Shown here: positions 1 to 12,697 of the stretch, one piece after another
Numbering within the stretch: position 1 is the first letter of the stretch
How the letters are laid out: each line of letters opens with the position of its first letter
Origin: Octopus bimaculoides
Taxonomy: Eukaryota
Assembly (NCBI RefSeq): GCF_001194135.2
Contig: NC_068986.1
Span: 22,138,956 to 22,202,955 of the forward strand
Length of the DNA: 64,000 nt
Reading direction: 5' to 3'
The notes under the pieces: model-generated
Seen by the model: only the letters and a program-made list of their open reading frames with translations
Database searches by the model: none
Told to the model about the DNA's origin: nothing
Translations under genes and position numbers: made by a program

Positions 1-574
1 CACACACACATATATATATATATATAAAGATGCATTTGTCTCCCTCTCCCTCTATCTCTCATACGCACACATCCATACAAAGCTGATTACTGACTTCATT
101 ACAACTCATTCATAGTTTCTCTTCTATGTGTGTTCCTTAAGTCATCTGAAGGACAACACATAATAAATAAAAACTCTTAAGTAGCGTTAGAGAAAATCAG
201 CTCAGAACAAGTAAACAAATTCTTTCCCAACTTGTACTATGGTACATACATACATACACACACACACAGGGTGGCCTATGAATAGCTTTACCATTACACA
301 TGTGACTTAAGGTTAGGCTGTTGGTTTCATAATCATAAGATTGTGGGTTCAATTCTCAGACCAAGTAGTGCTTTGTGCCCTTGAGCAAGGCACTTCATTT
401 CATGTTGCTCCAATTCACTCAGATGAAATGACCCACAGCTGAGGGCAGCTGCAGCCCTCATTCCCTTGCATCTTAAAAATGTTCTGCTGGTTCAAGAATG
501 AGAAGGATAAGAGACTGTTTATGTCTGCTCACAACTATACAGGTACCTAAAACAATTAGTGAAAGCAGCATACA

Positions 575-612
<38 letters not shown>

Positions 613-660
613 GGGTGCAGTTGTATAAAGCTGGAACAATGCAAGGAGGTACAAAGTAAA

Positions 661-1530
661 CTACAAACTGAAAAGAAAATAGAACAAAGTTGCAGTATTA
701 CCTTGTATTTCTATATTTTGGAGTGAAGACCCCTTCTTCAGGACATTCAGAAAAACAGTGGTTGGAAAAAATTTGTTGCTCAGAAGTGGGGGGAGAGACA
801 GGGGAGGAAGGTGACATGCATGGACAGCTGTTGCTATAGCAACCAGTCTGCTTTGTGTCATTCCTTCCTGTTGTTCGTGGCTGGCCTCAATTTGTTTATA
901 AGGAGGGCTTCCATAATTCTGAGACTGCCCCTGTTGCGTTGGGTTGCCTTGATGGAAACTTTGAAGTTCTGGGTTTGGCACTTCTTGAGGTGTTTCTTTA
1001 TCGAAGTGTCTGTCTGCATGGGCTCCTTTATATGGATGAGCAGTTTCCTAGTGATGCTCCCTATGTAGGATACTCCACATTTATTGCAGGCTACCTCATA
1101 AACGACATAAGCCCTCGAGCATGTTTTGATGTCGTTGATGGGACAGTTGGTGAGTGTGCTTTCAGTGGAGTTTTTCCTCGACAGAACTTTCTTCAGGAAT
1201 GGACTGGTGTGTAACAGCTTCCATTGTTCTGTCATCAAAGTAGGGCAGTCTAAGGAAGCACTTTTCTGACCTGATGTTACAGGTTTTCTTGTGTTGTTTA
1301 CCCAGCTTTCATGCTTCATGGATGCAGTCGTTTAGCTGTGGATGGCAGATAGTTGTGTGCTAAGTTCTTGAGGAACCGCTTGGTGTTAGTGGCTTTGTCA
1401 GTTACTTCACTGCATCAGTCTCTTATGTGTGTTATTTTGTTTTGTATGTACGTGGCTTTGGCTCTGGTGAACAGGACTGAATCGTAATGCACGAACAGGT
1501 TCCTACTTGCCACATTTTTGTAAAAATTTG
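661..1530 (-). mobile_element. Degenerate Penelope-like retroelement (PLE), 3' part: RT thumb, linker, GIY-YIG endonuclease, terminal repeat
   Basis: ORF 858-1319 ends VVYEVACNKCGVSYIGSITRKL...LRIMEALLINKLRPATN (GIY-YIG with CxxC). Other frames give FYKNVASRNLFVHYDS...IRD*CS...NYLP and FLRLPYFDD, typical of PLE thumb and linker. Frameshifts and stops are present. Confidence 0.88.
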
Positions 1531-1609
1531 TGTAGCTATAACCCTAGCTCATTTTAATATATATAAAATGGTAAAGCTGCTTACGGCCAATATGTAATAT
1601 AATAATAGA

Positions 1610-1826
1610 ATAATCCTTTCTACTATAGGCACAAGGCCTGAAGTTTTGTGGGAGGAGCTAGTCAATTACATTGACCCCAGTGTTCAACTGGTACTTATTT
1701 CATCAATGCCAAAAGGATGAAAAGCAAAGTCAACCTTGGTGGAATTTGAACTCAGGACATGAAGAGGGACAAAATGCCACTAAACATTTTGTCTGGCTTG
1801 CTAACAATTCTGCCAGCTCACCACAT
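1610..1826 (-). mobile_element. tRNA-derived SINE, family B (~210 bp). Further copies at ~3040-3200(-), 5330-5470(-), 14680-14884(-), 27900-28060(-), 31400-31610(+), 31622-31820(+), 36765-36975(+), 43355-43510(+), 47790-47950(-), 48015-48200(-), 48270-48432(-), 52315-52505(-)
   Basis: Shared ctgagttcaaattccgccgaggtcgactttgcctttcatcctttcggggtcgataaaataagtaccagtt core and an (AAT)n tail. Confidence 0.88.
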
Positions 1827-4115
1827 TATATAATCAAACAATAAAAATGACTAGGAACATAATTTGGAATTTTGTATTTAGAATTCAGAATTTGTTTTTA
1901 TCGAATTTATTCCCAAAACTAGAAAAATAGTTTAGTAGCTGGGTAGTAAAAATCTGAGTTAACTATATGTGTGTTTGCGTATGCACAGGTGAAAAAGAGA
2001 AAGAGTAAGTAATAGTATATCAATCACATATGAGCTGTTTCATACAGTAGCATCTACTATGGGGTTTAGTTCTGGATTAAAGTGACCATGGGAAGCTGTA
2101 AGAAACTGGTGGAAGGAGATCAAATACCTTACATACACATTAACATTTTCAACAAACTTCCTTCACAACTGTACATTGCACACCTATGCTTTCTGAGGGG
2201 AAAAACAAAAACATATACACACACACATGCAGTGAATATATGCATATCATTAATTCCCATTCTTAATTATACTAAGTGGAAAAATGAATTCACTCCCAGC
2301 AGGATAAGTAAATGATTAGGATGATCATAATGACACTTATAAATTCAAGTAGCTTAATAAGTGTACAGAAGGGGAAACCACAACATTCATGCATCTCCAA
2401 GGGTTTGATTAATTTTAAGTCGTAGTTGTCCTAATTAGGGATTAAACTGGATAGTGGAATCGTTTTTGTAAAGAGCTTCTTCTTACCACTACAGCATGAA
2501 GCTTAAAGAAAAATAATGATGATGATGATGATGATAATGTTGACAATAAAAAATAAAATAACGATAATACATTTCTTGCACAAGCACAATGACTATAGAT
2601 ATTATAGGGGATACTGAGATGTGATTTCATGCTTTTCCCATGAGCATTAGCAATAGAAATGAAAGTGATTCCAACTGAGAACTGAAACTGCGTCACTTTG
2701 CCAAAATTTTATTGAGGTATGACTGAGCCTGCGATTAATTAACTAATTAATTGATAAAATTAATAATAATCATTCCTATTTTTGGTACAAAGGTTCCAAT
2801 GTCTTTCAGACACACAATCTCCACTTTATTAGGCCAGGGCTAAGCAAGTGAGCTGTGTAATCAATTGGTCCCTATTCTATCAACCCTTGGTTTCTGGTTG
2901 GTACTTTTTATCAACCCCAACTATTTGACCAGTACTTACTTTACCCCTCCCCACTAATTGGTATCTACTCCATCAATCTTCATTTTTTTACTGTTATTTT
3001 ATCACCCCCTCACCCCCACCCAATTTGACCGGTGGTGCCTATTTTATTAACTGAAGACAAATAAAAGGCCAAGTCAATCTCAGTGGGGTTTGAACACCAA
3101 ATGTAAAGGGATGCAACTAAATAATGCATGGCAATATTGTTCAATACTCTTGAGATTTTGCCAATCCACCAAAGAACATCTGTTGCAGAAACAGCGAAAT
3201 TCAATTCAGCATAAGGTTAACATTTATTGTCTATGAATAGTTAACAGCGTTTCCATTATATATATATATACGTATTTGTGTTCCATCTTTCAATGCTGAG
3301 TTAAAAAGGCTAAAAATGAAGATGGATCTGGATCTGAATAGTAAAATATTTTCTTCTCATCTTTAAAAATTTATAGAGATAGATCTTTATGAAGGATGGA
3401 AAAACTAAGAAAGATCAAAGAATGAAAATAAAGACGGATATGAGTTATGTCCAATATATCATCAGGCTTTTGATATTCAATATGTTTGCAGTTGCATTTC
3501 ATTTATTATTATTATTATTATTATTCAGTAGTTTTATTATTATTATTATTATTATTATTTCTTCTGAATAGGTTTATGGTTTTGATAAAGAAACAATGTC
3601 ACTAATCGTGTGAGTTAGAAGGTAATAAAATATATTGAAAACATCAGTTGGTTTATCAGTAATATCATAATTATGAATGCTTAAAATAAACAGAAGAGAG
3701 AGAGAGAGAGAAAGAGAAAAAAAAAATCTATCTTGTTTATGAAGCATTTTTAGAAAGGTTTAATTTTTAACAACTTAGTCATGTCAGAGCAGACTTTAAA
3801 CCAAAAGCATTCTTGCCAAGACAATTTCATCTGCTTTGTTTTTCTAGGTATAGCACATCTTAAACTACATTATCCAACATGTTGTTCACTTAAGACAGTA
3901 GGGTGCAATTTGGTTGCTATTTCTAGCAGGTCAAATGAGTAAATCAGAGGTTCCATTGCACCCATTGATGTTTGAAAAACTGCAAGGGCTGAGCGAATAA
4001 GAAGATGCAACTGACTGAGAGGTCACAGCATTATTTCCTGCAGCAGGTTTTGCATTATTTCAGAGCAAAACATTAAATGTATTGTAAAACAGTTTGAATG
4101 CTTGAATAATTAATC

Positions 4116-4157
<42 letters not shown>

Positions 4158-4789
4158 CAGCTTCATCATCATCTAACTTTTAATACGTTTCAAGTGAAGT
4201 TTTCAATACAGAATATCAGGCTCCTAATTTAAAAACCATAATTTACTTTAATATATAAGAAAAGAAGAAGAAAAGCAAAAGAAAAAAAGAAAAAGCAGAA
4301 CAAGAAAAGATTATCCACAGACAAAGTTATCTTGTACAGNNNNNNNNNNNNNNNNNNNNNNNNNNNNNNNNNNNNNNNNNNNNNNNNNNNNNNNNNNNNN
4401 NNNNNNNNNNNNNNNNNNNNNNNNNNNNNNNNNNNNNNNNNNNNNNNNNNNNNNNNNNNNNNNNNNNNNNNNNNNNNNNNNNNNNNNNNNNNNNTTTGGC
4501 TTTTTAGAATTTAATTTAATATGAGAATAGTTGAGATGGAGGAGGGATTTGTTAGAAGTGTGAACCTTACAGAAATGGCATCCGTAACCAAAATATACAA
4601 ATAAATAAATAAATATAAATTTTGCTGTGTCACTAGCATGATGGGATGTGTGAGCACAAAATCAATTGGTTGGAGTGTTTTTGCTCGGTTTTTTTTTTTT
4701 GTTTTTCATTTTTGCTTTCAGAAAAATAAAAAAAAATAAAAACAAAAATTACCTTCAAGGAAGGGGAGAAAAAATTATTTTAAAAAATC

Positions 4790-4823
<34 letters not shown>

Positions 4824-4957
4824 GTAATAATAAAAATAATAGGAATCCATATGAAAGCAAGTATTCCTAATGAGATCCTTGATAAAGTTCATCTTGAAGA
4901 AAAGAAGAAAAAGCCAGCAATTTACACAAATGGAACAGCAGTATGGAGGTACAAATG

Positions 4958-5196
4958 CTAGCTGATGCAGCAGCTTTTGCGACAGTTAGGGGGTGATTCA
5001 GTTGGATTAAGGTATTTCAACTTTTTAAGCTTGTCCCTGTGTATGAAGCTGTGCATGCGTGTGCTGCGTGTTTTATTAGTCATCGCATATGATTTCAAAT
5101 GAGATTTCAGACGAGGTGGTAATGGCAACTGGTCAATACCATAAATGGTGGTACAAGACACTATTGTCCGACAAGCAAGTTCTTGGAGACTCAAAA
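4958..5196 (-). CDS. RAB40: Rab40 coding exon 6: SOCS box (LSLQELACRTIV...LPLPPRLKSHLK) and tail ending CRKSCCIS*
   Basis: Acceptor TTTCTCGTTTCAG at 5197-5198, TAG at 4958-4960; lies within ORF 4958-5260. BC-box and LPLP cullin box are visible. Confidence 0.96.
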
Positions 5197-6428
5197 CTGA
5201 AACGAGAAACATGAAAATATTGAGAAATATAAAAAAAAAACAGAAAAAACAAAAAAACAAAGATACAGAAAAAAAAACTTAATTTAAAATATAAATATCA
5301 ACAAAGAATGTATATTAGATAATTCTTCTTAACTTTGGCAGAAGGCTAGCAATTTTGAGGGGAGGGGAAGTTGATTATAATGACTTGTGTTCAACTGGTA
5401 CTTATTTCATCGACCCCCAAATGGATAAAAAGCAAAGTCAACCTTGGTAGAATTTAAACTCGGAATGGCATGTTTTTACTAAAGTTCTCCAGGACAAAAA
5501 AAAAAACATTGGTGAGTGATATAGAAGAACAAGATACATCTGGTTCTTTGAAAAGAGAGAGAAACTAAAGGTGATAAATGAGGAAATGAGGTGGTTGTTG
5601 GTTGTTCATGACTATTTTCATCCTCTCTGACAGTTTGACAAGTCAGGAGGGCCAGGGTATAGTTATTTTGGGGAATAAGGCACACTATTGCAACGAAGCT
5701 TGTAATGAGGTAGACACTGCTGTGACTAGTTGACCGCCTGAATTGAGTAATTGAAGAACTTTTCACACTTAGAAATTGTGTGCATATAGTGGTAAGACAG
5801 GAAAAGTGGAGAAGGAAAGTTCTGTTGCGTGCATGTAGTATGAAAAGCAAAATGGAAAACAACTGCAGTGATCTTATCATCAACAGTGCAATTTTTCGAC
5901 CTATAGTGTTCTTGGTTGAGGAGTGGTAGTCAGAGATCTTTACAAGGGATCAGAAAGTTTAGTGTCAGTTACGAACGCCAGAGTTCACAAAAGCAATATT
6001 TGCTTTCTTGATAGACGCCTCATTTGTTGGCTGCATTTGAGGGGGGAAAAAAAAAAATTATGAAAAGACCAGTAAACTATAATTTCAAGCCCTACTTTAA
6101 GCTTTTTAATTCATCTTGAAACCAAGGTATATTATACACCCGACACTGAGGTCTTGATATTAAGGACACTCGGCCTTAAATTTCCACTCTGGCACTTCAA
6201 CCAAATATATGAAGTTGCAGGATGTTCATTCCACAATACTGAATACTGTGGGTAAATAAATGTAAATGTTCTGTTCAAAATTCTACAAATCTCTCAAAAC
6301 TAATTACAATAATTCCATGTGTAGCAAGAGCAAAAGAATTGCAATGCTTTGAACAGAGCATTTCTGACAAAGAAAAATTCTCTGAGAAATTTATGAACTA
6401 AATTTTTACTGATACAAACAACTATTAA

Positions 6429-6648
6429 CCCTTCTGTTACTGTATTTCAGTTGAAATAAAAATTTTGTTTCACTAAAATTTTCAGAGTAATGAAGACTTT
6501 AGTAAAATAACTTTATCAGTAATAAATTAGAGTTTGAAGCAAAAATTAATATGACATTTTGACTGAAGGCTTTAATTTAGATCACTTTAAAACATGAAGT
6601 TTATATCATAGAACTAAGATGGTCTCAGAAGGGTTGGTATCAAAAGAG
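6429..6648. mobile_element. piggyBac-like MITE family 2 (~220 bp); reverse copy at 62605-62828, partial copies at ~27745-27900 and ~51390-51470
   Basis: Termini TTAA-CCCTTCTGTTAC and GGTATCAAAAGAG-TTA(A); the internal sequence is shared in opposite orientation. Confidence 0.65.
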
Positions 6649-6876
6649 TTACACACTCTGAATTCAAGAGTTTTATTCTTTTACTTGTTTCAGTCATTTA
6701 ACCGTAGCCATGCTGGAGCACCTTCATATTTCTAGAACTCTTTAAATATTACTGTTTTAATATTTTTCCAATAATGATCAAGGAAACTAGTGTCATAAAT
6801 GAAGTAAACCAAATAATAAAAATTTTAAACAGAAAGGCAGAAAAAAAAGAAAAAGAAATAAGAAAATATTTTATAC

Positions 6877-7099
6877 CTTTATTTGGACCCCAGGTTCTGC
6901 TCATTCCATTTCTTTTTAGCGCAAGTCGTGAAAGTTCAGCTAATGACTCTTGAACGTTGAAGTCACATAAAGGACTAACTTCAAAGAAGGCCAAATCGTT
7001 CTTCAGAGCATATGATTCAGCAGTAATTTCACTAACTTGGCGTTTATAAGCTAAATGTAGACGGTTTCCAATTAGAATTTTAGGTACACCGGGTGCATG
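6877..7099 (-). CDS. RAB40: Rab40 coding exon 5: HAPGVPKILIGNRLHLAYKRQVSEITAESYALKNDLAFFEVSPLCDFNVQESLAELSRLALKRNGMSRTWGPNK(V)
   Basis: Acceptor TCTTTTTCCAG, donor G|GTATAA, 223 nt; Rab40-type G4 (NRLH) and G5 (EVSP). Confidence 0.97.
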
Positions 7100-7149
7100 C
7101 TGGAAAAAGAAAAAAATTTTTTATTGAGATTAGTAATGATCCAAATATA

Positions 7150-7152
<3 letters not shown>

Positions 7153-7219
<67 letters not shown>
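7153..7219. repeat. (GT)n microsatellite, representative of many (CA/TG, TA, AAT, ATC, AG) tracts in the window
   Basis: Read directly. Confidence 0.98.
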
Positions 7220-7223
<4 letters not shown>

Positions 7224-7829
7224 GCGCAGGTGCGGCTGTTTGGTAAAGAAATTTTCTCTTCGTGGTTTTGAATCCAATCTCACAGTGTGACAACTCAGGC
7301 AAAGGTCTTCTTCTATAAGCCCAGGGTCAACCAAAGCTCTATGAGTGGATTTGGTATTACAGAAACTGAAAAAAAGTTCAATTTATATATATGTATCTTT
7401 TATCTTTTACTTGTTTCAGTCATGAGACTGCGGCCATGCTGGGGCACTGCCGTGAAGAAATTTTAGTTGAATGAATCAACCCTGTACTTATTTTGTTTTT
7501 TAAGCCTGGTGCTTACAAGATCAATCTCTTATGCCAAACTGCTAAGTTACAGACACATAAACACACCAATACTGGTGTTTGAGAAATACACCTTTTCAGT
7601 ATATAACACTATTGCAAAATAAACTTAATTGAATAAATAAACGAGTATATAGTCTGTTCTAAAATAGCCAACATGACTCTTCTACAATGTAATTGTTGGA
7701 ATTTTAACACCCAAATTCAGATCAAGTCACTCGTTAAACTAGTACATCTACTAAATGTTAATTGAATTAAAAATTGAGAAAGAAGAAGTAAAGGAAACAT
7801 AAAATATCATTCAAAAGAGGTTAACGTAC

Positions 7830-7907
7830 TTCATCCACTTCTCTTAACCATCGGTTGATACCATCAAATGACCATCTGTTTGTGATGTCATACACCAGCA
7901 GTATTCC
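7830..7907 (-). CDS. RAB40: Rab40 coding exon 4: GILLVYDITNRWSFDGINRWLREVDE
   Basis: Lies within ORF 7821-8006; acceptor TTTCCACAG, donor GAA|GTACGT, 78 nt, phase 0-0. Confidence 0.97.
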
Positions 7908-8769
7908 CTGTGGAAACAAATGTGCAAAAGTTATTATAGGGCTCAATTTATTTATTAATTTATTAATCACCAAAATGTTTGAGGTTAGAAAAGAGACCAA
8001 TGACAAGAATCAGTTATTCATGCAACTTAGGTGATGGAAGCTATTGCTGTATAGCCCAAGGTCACCAATGATTGTTGTTGTAGTTGTTCTTCATCATTAT
8101 CAGCATCAGCAACCCCCACCCCACCCCGAATATTACTGTTTTGAGCCCTAGAACTCATAGGGCCAGTTACCCAGTTTCCACGGCATATAAGTAACTGAGA
8201 TCACAACATTGCCCCCGTTGCAGAGTTACTCATTTACAGCTGAGAGGACCGGAGCAATATGAAATAAAGTATTTTGTTCAAGAACACAATACATTGCCTG
8301 GTCGGGGAATTGAAACCATGATCTTGTGATTGAGAGTGCAAAACCCTAACCACAAGGCCATGCACCTTCACTCTCCATGATCGGGTTGACTTATAAATCA
8401 AGATGTTACAACCACCCAGTCACATTTCAAAATGAATGTAGGATTTAAAATTTTTTTAAATATTTTAGTGAAGAGGGAAGGGCAGAGTCCTTGATCCATT
8501 ACAGGACTTCTGAGACTGGTGAAAAAGATGAGAAGAGGAGGGAAGAAATTATCCTCAGATTGGAGACCTGACTGGAATGCTTGCATCAGGGTGGATTCCG
8601 CTAAAGGCACCCTGTCATGCCAGGTGGTGGTGTTCAACTGGGTGACAGATTGAGCCTGCCAACCCACTTAAGCTATGGTAGGATTTGAACTTGGAGCACA
8701 AAGAGCCTGAACAAACACCTCAAAGTATCCAGACATTCTTATAGTTCACCAACCCACTGCCCCGTGGAG

Positions 8770-9000
8770 GTATGTGGCTTAGTGGTTAGGGTGTTGAATT
8801 CGTGATCATAAGATTGTGGTTTCGATTCCTGGACTGGGCGATGCATTATGTCCTTAAGCAAAACACTTCATTTCATGTTGCTCCAGTCCACTCAGCTGGC
8901 AAAAATGAGTAACCCTGCAATGGACTGGCATCCCATCCAGGTGGATAATTTATATGCCTTGGAAACCAGGAAAGTGGCCCTTATGAGGTGGCATGACTTG
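8770..9000 (+). mobile_element. tRNA-headed SINE family D. Other copies at ~300-560, 8150-8380(-), 35975-36200, 52880-53040
   Basis: gtggcttagtggttagggtgtt...ggtttcgattcctgg head followed by ttgagcaaaacacttcatttcatgttgctccagtccactcagctg. Confidence 0.82.
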
Positions 9001-10894
9001 AGAAAGAAAAAAGAAAAAAGAAACACCTACTTTTTTTGTCAACGCAAAAAAAAAAAAAAAAAAAAAAAANNNNNNNNNNNNNNNNNNNNNNNNNNNNNNN
9101 NNNNNNNNNNNNNNNNNNNNNNNNNNNNNNNNNNNNNNNNNNNNNNNNNNNNNNNNNNNNNNNNNNNNNNNNNNNNNNNNNNNNNNNNNNNNNNNNNNNN
9201 NNNNNNNNNNNNNNNNNNNNNNNNNNNNNNNNNNNNNNNNNNNNNNNNNNNNNNNNNNNNNNNNNNNNNNNNNNNNNNNNNNNNNNNNNNNNNNNNNNNN
9301 NNNNNNNNNNNNNNNNNNNNNNNNNNNNNNNNNNNNNNNNNNNNNNNNNNNAAAAAAAAAAAAAAAAAAAAAAAACCCCGAAGAGGACCTTTGGGATGGT
9401 ACCCAAGATAAAAGCATGAATCACTCATCTAGTTATGTAGTCTGGTATTTTATTTTAATCAAGTTATCATCATCATTTAGCATCTGCTTTTCTTGCTGGC
9501 ATGCATTAGACGGTTTGACTGGAACTGGTGTGCCGGAGAGCTGTACTAGGTTCCAGTCTGATTTGGTTTGGTTTCTACCAACCAATCCAAGAGTGTAGTG
9601 GGTGCCTTTTACGTGTCTCCAGCACCAGCCACAATTAAAAATACACTTGGCTTGATGAGGGAGAAAATTACATTTATATTAGGTTTTTGTGTTGTAAACC
9701 CAATACTTATACAGTGTATGTGTTTTGCAGCTCCCTGCTGCAACGTTTTTTATAGACTAACATAATAGGACCTATTTATTTAATTGAAAAACAAAATAAA
9801 ATCGTCTGACAGGCTGAACTAATAAATTATTCTATGTTCAGTATTAAACCAAGCTTACAGAATATATGAATACAAATTAAGTCATTATTGTCCAATGAAA
9901 AATATAAACAATATTAAGCAGTACTTAATTCAGTCACCCAGTTTGCTAGAAATAACAACCAAAATTCCCTCAAAACAAACCATATCACCTTAAAGAGAGT
10001 AACAATACACTGGATAATGTAGTTCCAAATATACAAAAAGTTGTGATGGTCATAGTTGGAATGCTCTGATCAAACCACAGCTGGATCAGGGCTGACCTTA
10101 AGATGTCAAGTTCTTTACTAGAGGTTCAGGGTTGAGAAAAGAAACCTTAGCGTACATCCATCTGAAACTCTTCGTATAATGCTAAACCTAATCTACTTCA
10201 CATGTCCATTATCTAAACCAGGTTTCTCTGTGTTAACAACTGCAAGTCTTTGTCATTTGTTCTTTTGCGCCCCCACCCCTCAGATTAATAAGCACTGTAA
10301 TTTTATGACTTTGTATAATGTAAATTTACAGCCTACAGCTGGATGCTTTTCCTAACACCAACCATTTCCCAGTACACTTTGTGGAAGGGCATCCAGCTAT
10401 AGACACCGTGCCAGAGCAAGCACTGGAACTTGGCAAAGTTCTCTGGTTTGTCAACTCCTGTTAAACCATCCAACCCATGCCAGCATGGAAAATGAATGTT
10501 AAAGAGTGGTGGTTTTGATTACATCTCTCAATTTCTCAATGACTTTCTCTGCTTTGTTACTTGGTTAAAATAAAATGCCAGACTATGTATTACATAACTA
10601 AATAAGTAACCCATGTTTTCACCTTGGCTATTATCCTTAAGGTCCTCTCTGGTTTACTTTATATTCTTAATTTCCTTGCTTAAAATACTTTACAACTGGT
10701 TCTCTACTGGTTTTATTTGGCAAGATTTTACTTAGACTAATTCAACCTCAATTTTACCAAATATTTCTTATAACATTCCTAAAATTGTGGGAAATTCTCA
10801 AAGAAATGAAAAATTTTCCTAAATATGAAATACCAGTTTTTTTTTTTTTTCATCATAAAAGTTAAAGCAATTTAGCAAGTCAAATAATATTTAC

Positions 10895-10955
10895 CTGAGC
10901 ACCACGTGAGTAGGAGCGAAATATGGTACAGAACCTTCCTTGTCCTGATGTATCC
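10895..10955 (-). CDS. RAB40: Rab40 coding exon 3: (W)[20 protein letters not shown]
   Basis: Acceptor TATTTTTATAG, donor CAG|GTAAAT, 61 nt; G3 box and switch II. Confidence 0.97.
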
Positions 10956-12030
10956 CTATAAAAATAGAACATTAAACTAGTTAGTAAGTAGAGAAAAGAA
11001 TAATCCTTGTATATTAAATAAAATGAAAATAAAACTTTTCCTTTTTGTTTTCTCCCTCAGAAATTTACTTCTGTAACAAGAGGAAAATTAAGAGTTAGGC
11101 TTACCACTTCAGAAAATATATTTAGTTATGTACATGTAAGAAGGTTTGAAATGTATGAATGCACGTTTTACATGAAGGTAACGATATATATCAATCAGAA
11201 GGCAATGTGTTTGGTTAGCAAACATAATTTATTCCTTGATCACATATGAAGTAGTAGGCACATCAGAGATATGCGTTCAAGGAAGCAGGATGTAGGAGAC
11301 AAAGGTTAATTCCTTAATACAAATCAAGGTAGTTAGCTCTGGTACTTGACTGCAAATCTAAAATATCCAATGAGTTTTGCCATGTAAAAAGCACCCAGTC
11401 CACTATGTTAAGTGGTTGGCATTAGGAAGGGCATCCAGCTGTGGAAACCATGCTGGAAGAGACAATGGAGCCTGGTGCAGCTCCTGGCCTAACCAGCTCC
11501 TAGTAAACTGTCCAACTTTTGCCAACATAGAAAATGGTCATTAAATGATGATGATGGTGATGATATATAAACACACACAATGCGTTTTCAGAGTTTCTGT
11601 CAACCAAATTTATTGCCAAGGCATCAGTTGAGCCAGGACTATAGCAGACAGACTTGCCCAAGGTGCTGAACAGTGGGACATAACCAAACAGCTATGCCTG
11701 CACCTAAATGTATAATTTTAATTGATTAATGGTGTGTAGGATGGGTCAATCATTACATTAAATATTGTTAGCTCCCATTTGACTATTAATATTTTACCTC
11801 AATCGCTTTATCTGCCATAACACATCTGAATTGTAAACTCTGAAACCCACCACCACAACCCACCTGATGCACTTGGTGCTCCCCCCTCCACCACCACCAC
11901 CACCACCACCACCGCCGCATCTGTTGTTAGACTCTTCAGACTCAGCAGTTAACTAGTCATACAATATTTCCTCAGATGAACTACTGTTTTCTAGCCTATT
12001 GTTTTCCTTCTTATTTACTAACCTGCAACA

Positions 12031-12697
12031 NNNNNNNNNNNNNNNNNNNNNNNNNNNNNNNNNNNNNNNNNNNNNNNNNNNNNNNNNNNNNNNNNNNNNN
12101 NNNNNNNNNNNNNNNNNNNNNNNNNNNNNNNNNNNNNNNNNNNNNNNNNNNNNNNNNNNNNNNNNNNNNNNNNNNNNNNNNNNNNNNNNNNNNNNNNNNN
12201 NNNNNNNNNNNNNNNNNNNNNNNNNNNNNNNNNNNNNNNNNNNNNNNNNNNNNNNNNNNNNNNNNNNNNNNNNNNNNNNNNNNNNNNNNNNNNNNNNNNN
12301 NNNNNNNNNNNNNNNNNNNNNNNNNNNNNNNNNNNNNNNNNNNNNNNNNNNNNNNNNNNNNNNNNNNNNNNNNNNNNNNNNNNNNNNNNNNNNNNNNNNN
12401 NNNNNNNNNNNNNNNNNNNNNNNNNNNNNNNNNNNNNNNNNNNNNNNNNNNNNNNNNNNNNNNNNNNNNNNNNNNNNNNNNNNNNNNNNNNNNNNNNNNN
12501 NNNNNNNNNNNNNNNNNNNNNNNNNNNNNNNNNNNNNNNNNNNNNNNNNNNNNNNNNNNNNNNNNNNNNNNNNNNNNNNNNNNNNNNNNNNNNNNNNNNN
12601 NNNNNNNNNNNNNNNNNNNNNNNNNNNNNNNNNNNNNNNNNNNNNNNNNNNNNNNNNNNNNNNNNNNNNNNNNNNNNNNNNNNNNNNNNNNNNNNNN
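12031..12697. other. Assembly gap (N run). Others at 4340-4494, 9070-9351, 19262-19345, 44995-45163, ~46755-46819, 55279-55330, 59481-59721
   Basis: Runs of n, mostly next to simple repeats. Confidence 0.99.

Noticed and set aside
1415-1417. In-frame TGA in the PLE thumb as selenocysteine
   Set aside because: The position fits Arg (CGA to TGA by CpG decay), the element has frameshifts, and no SECIS was seen.
2440-4957. Rab40 polyadenylation site
   Set aside because: There are several minus-strand AATAAA candidates in AT-rich, gapped sequence, and none can be singled out without transcripts.
7072-7334. Poly-HT/CV ORFs (also at 17844-18110, 32619-32813 and others)
   Set aside because: Microsatellite translations.
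8770-8850. tRNA genes at SINE heads
   Set aside because: They have A/B-box-like heads but no full cloverleaf, and each continues into a SINE body.
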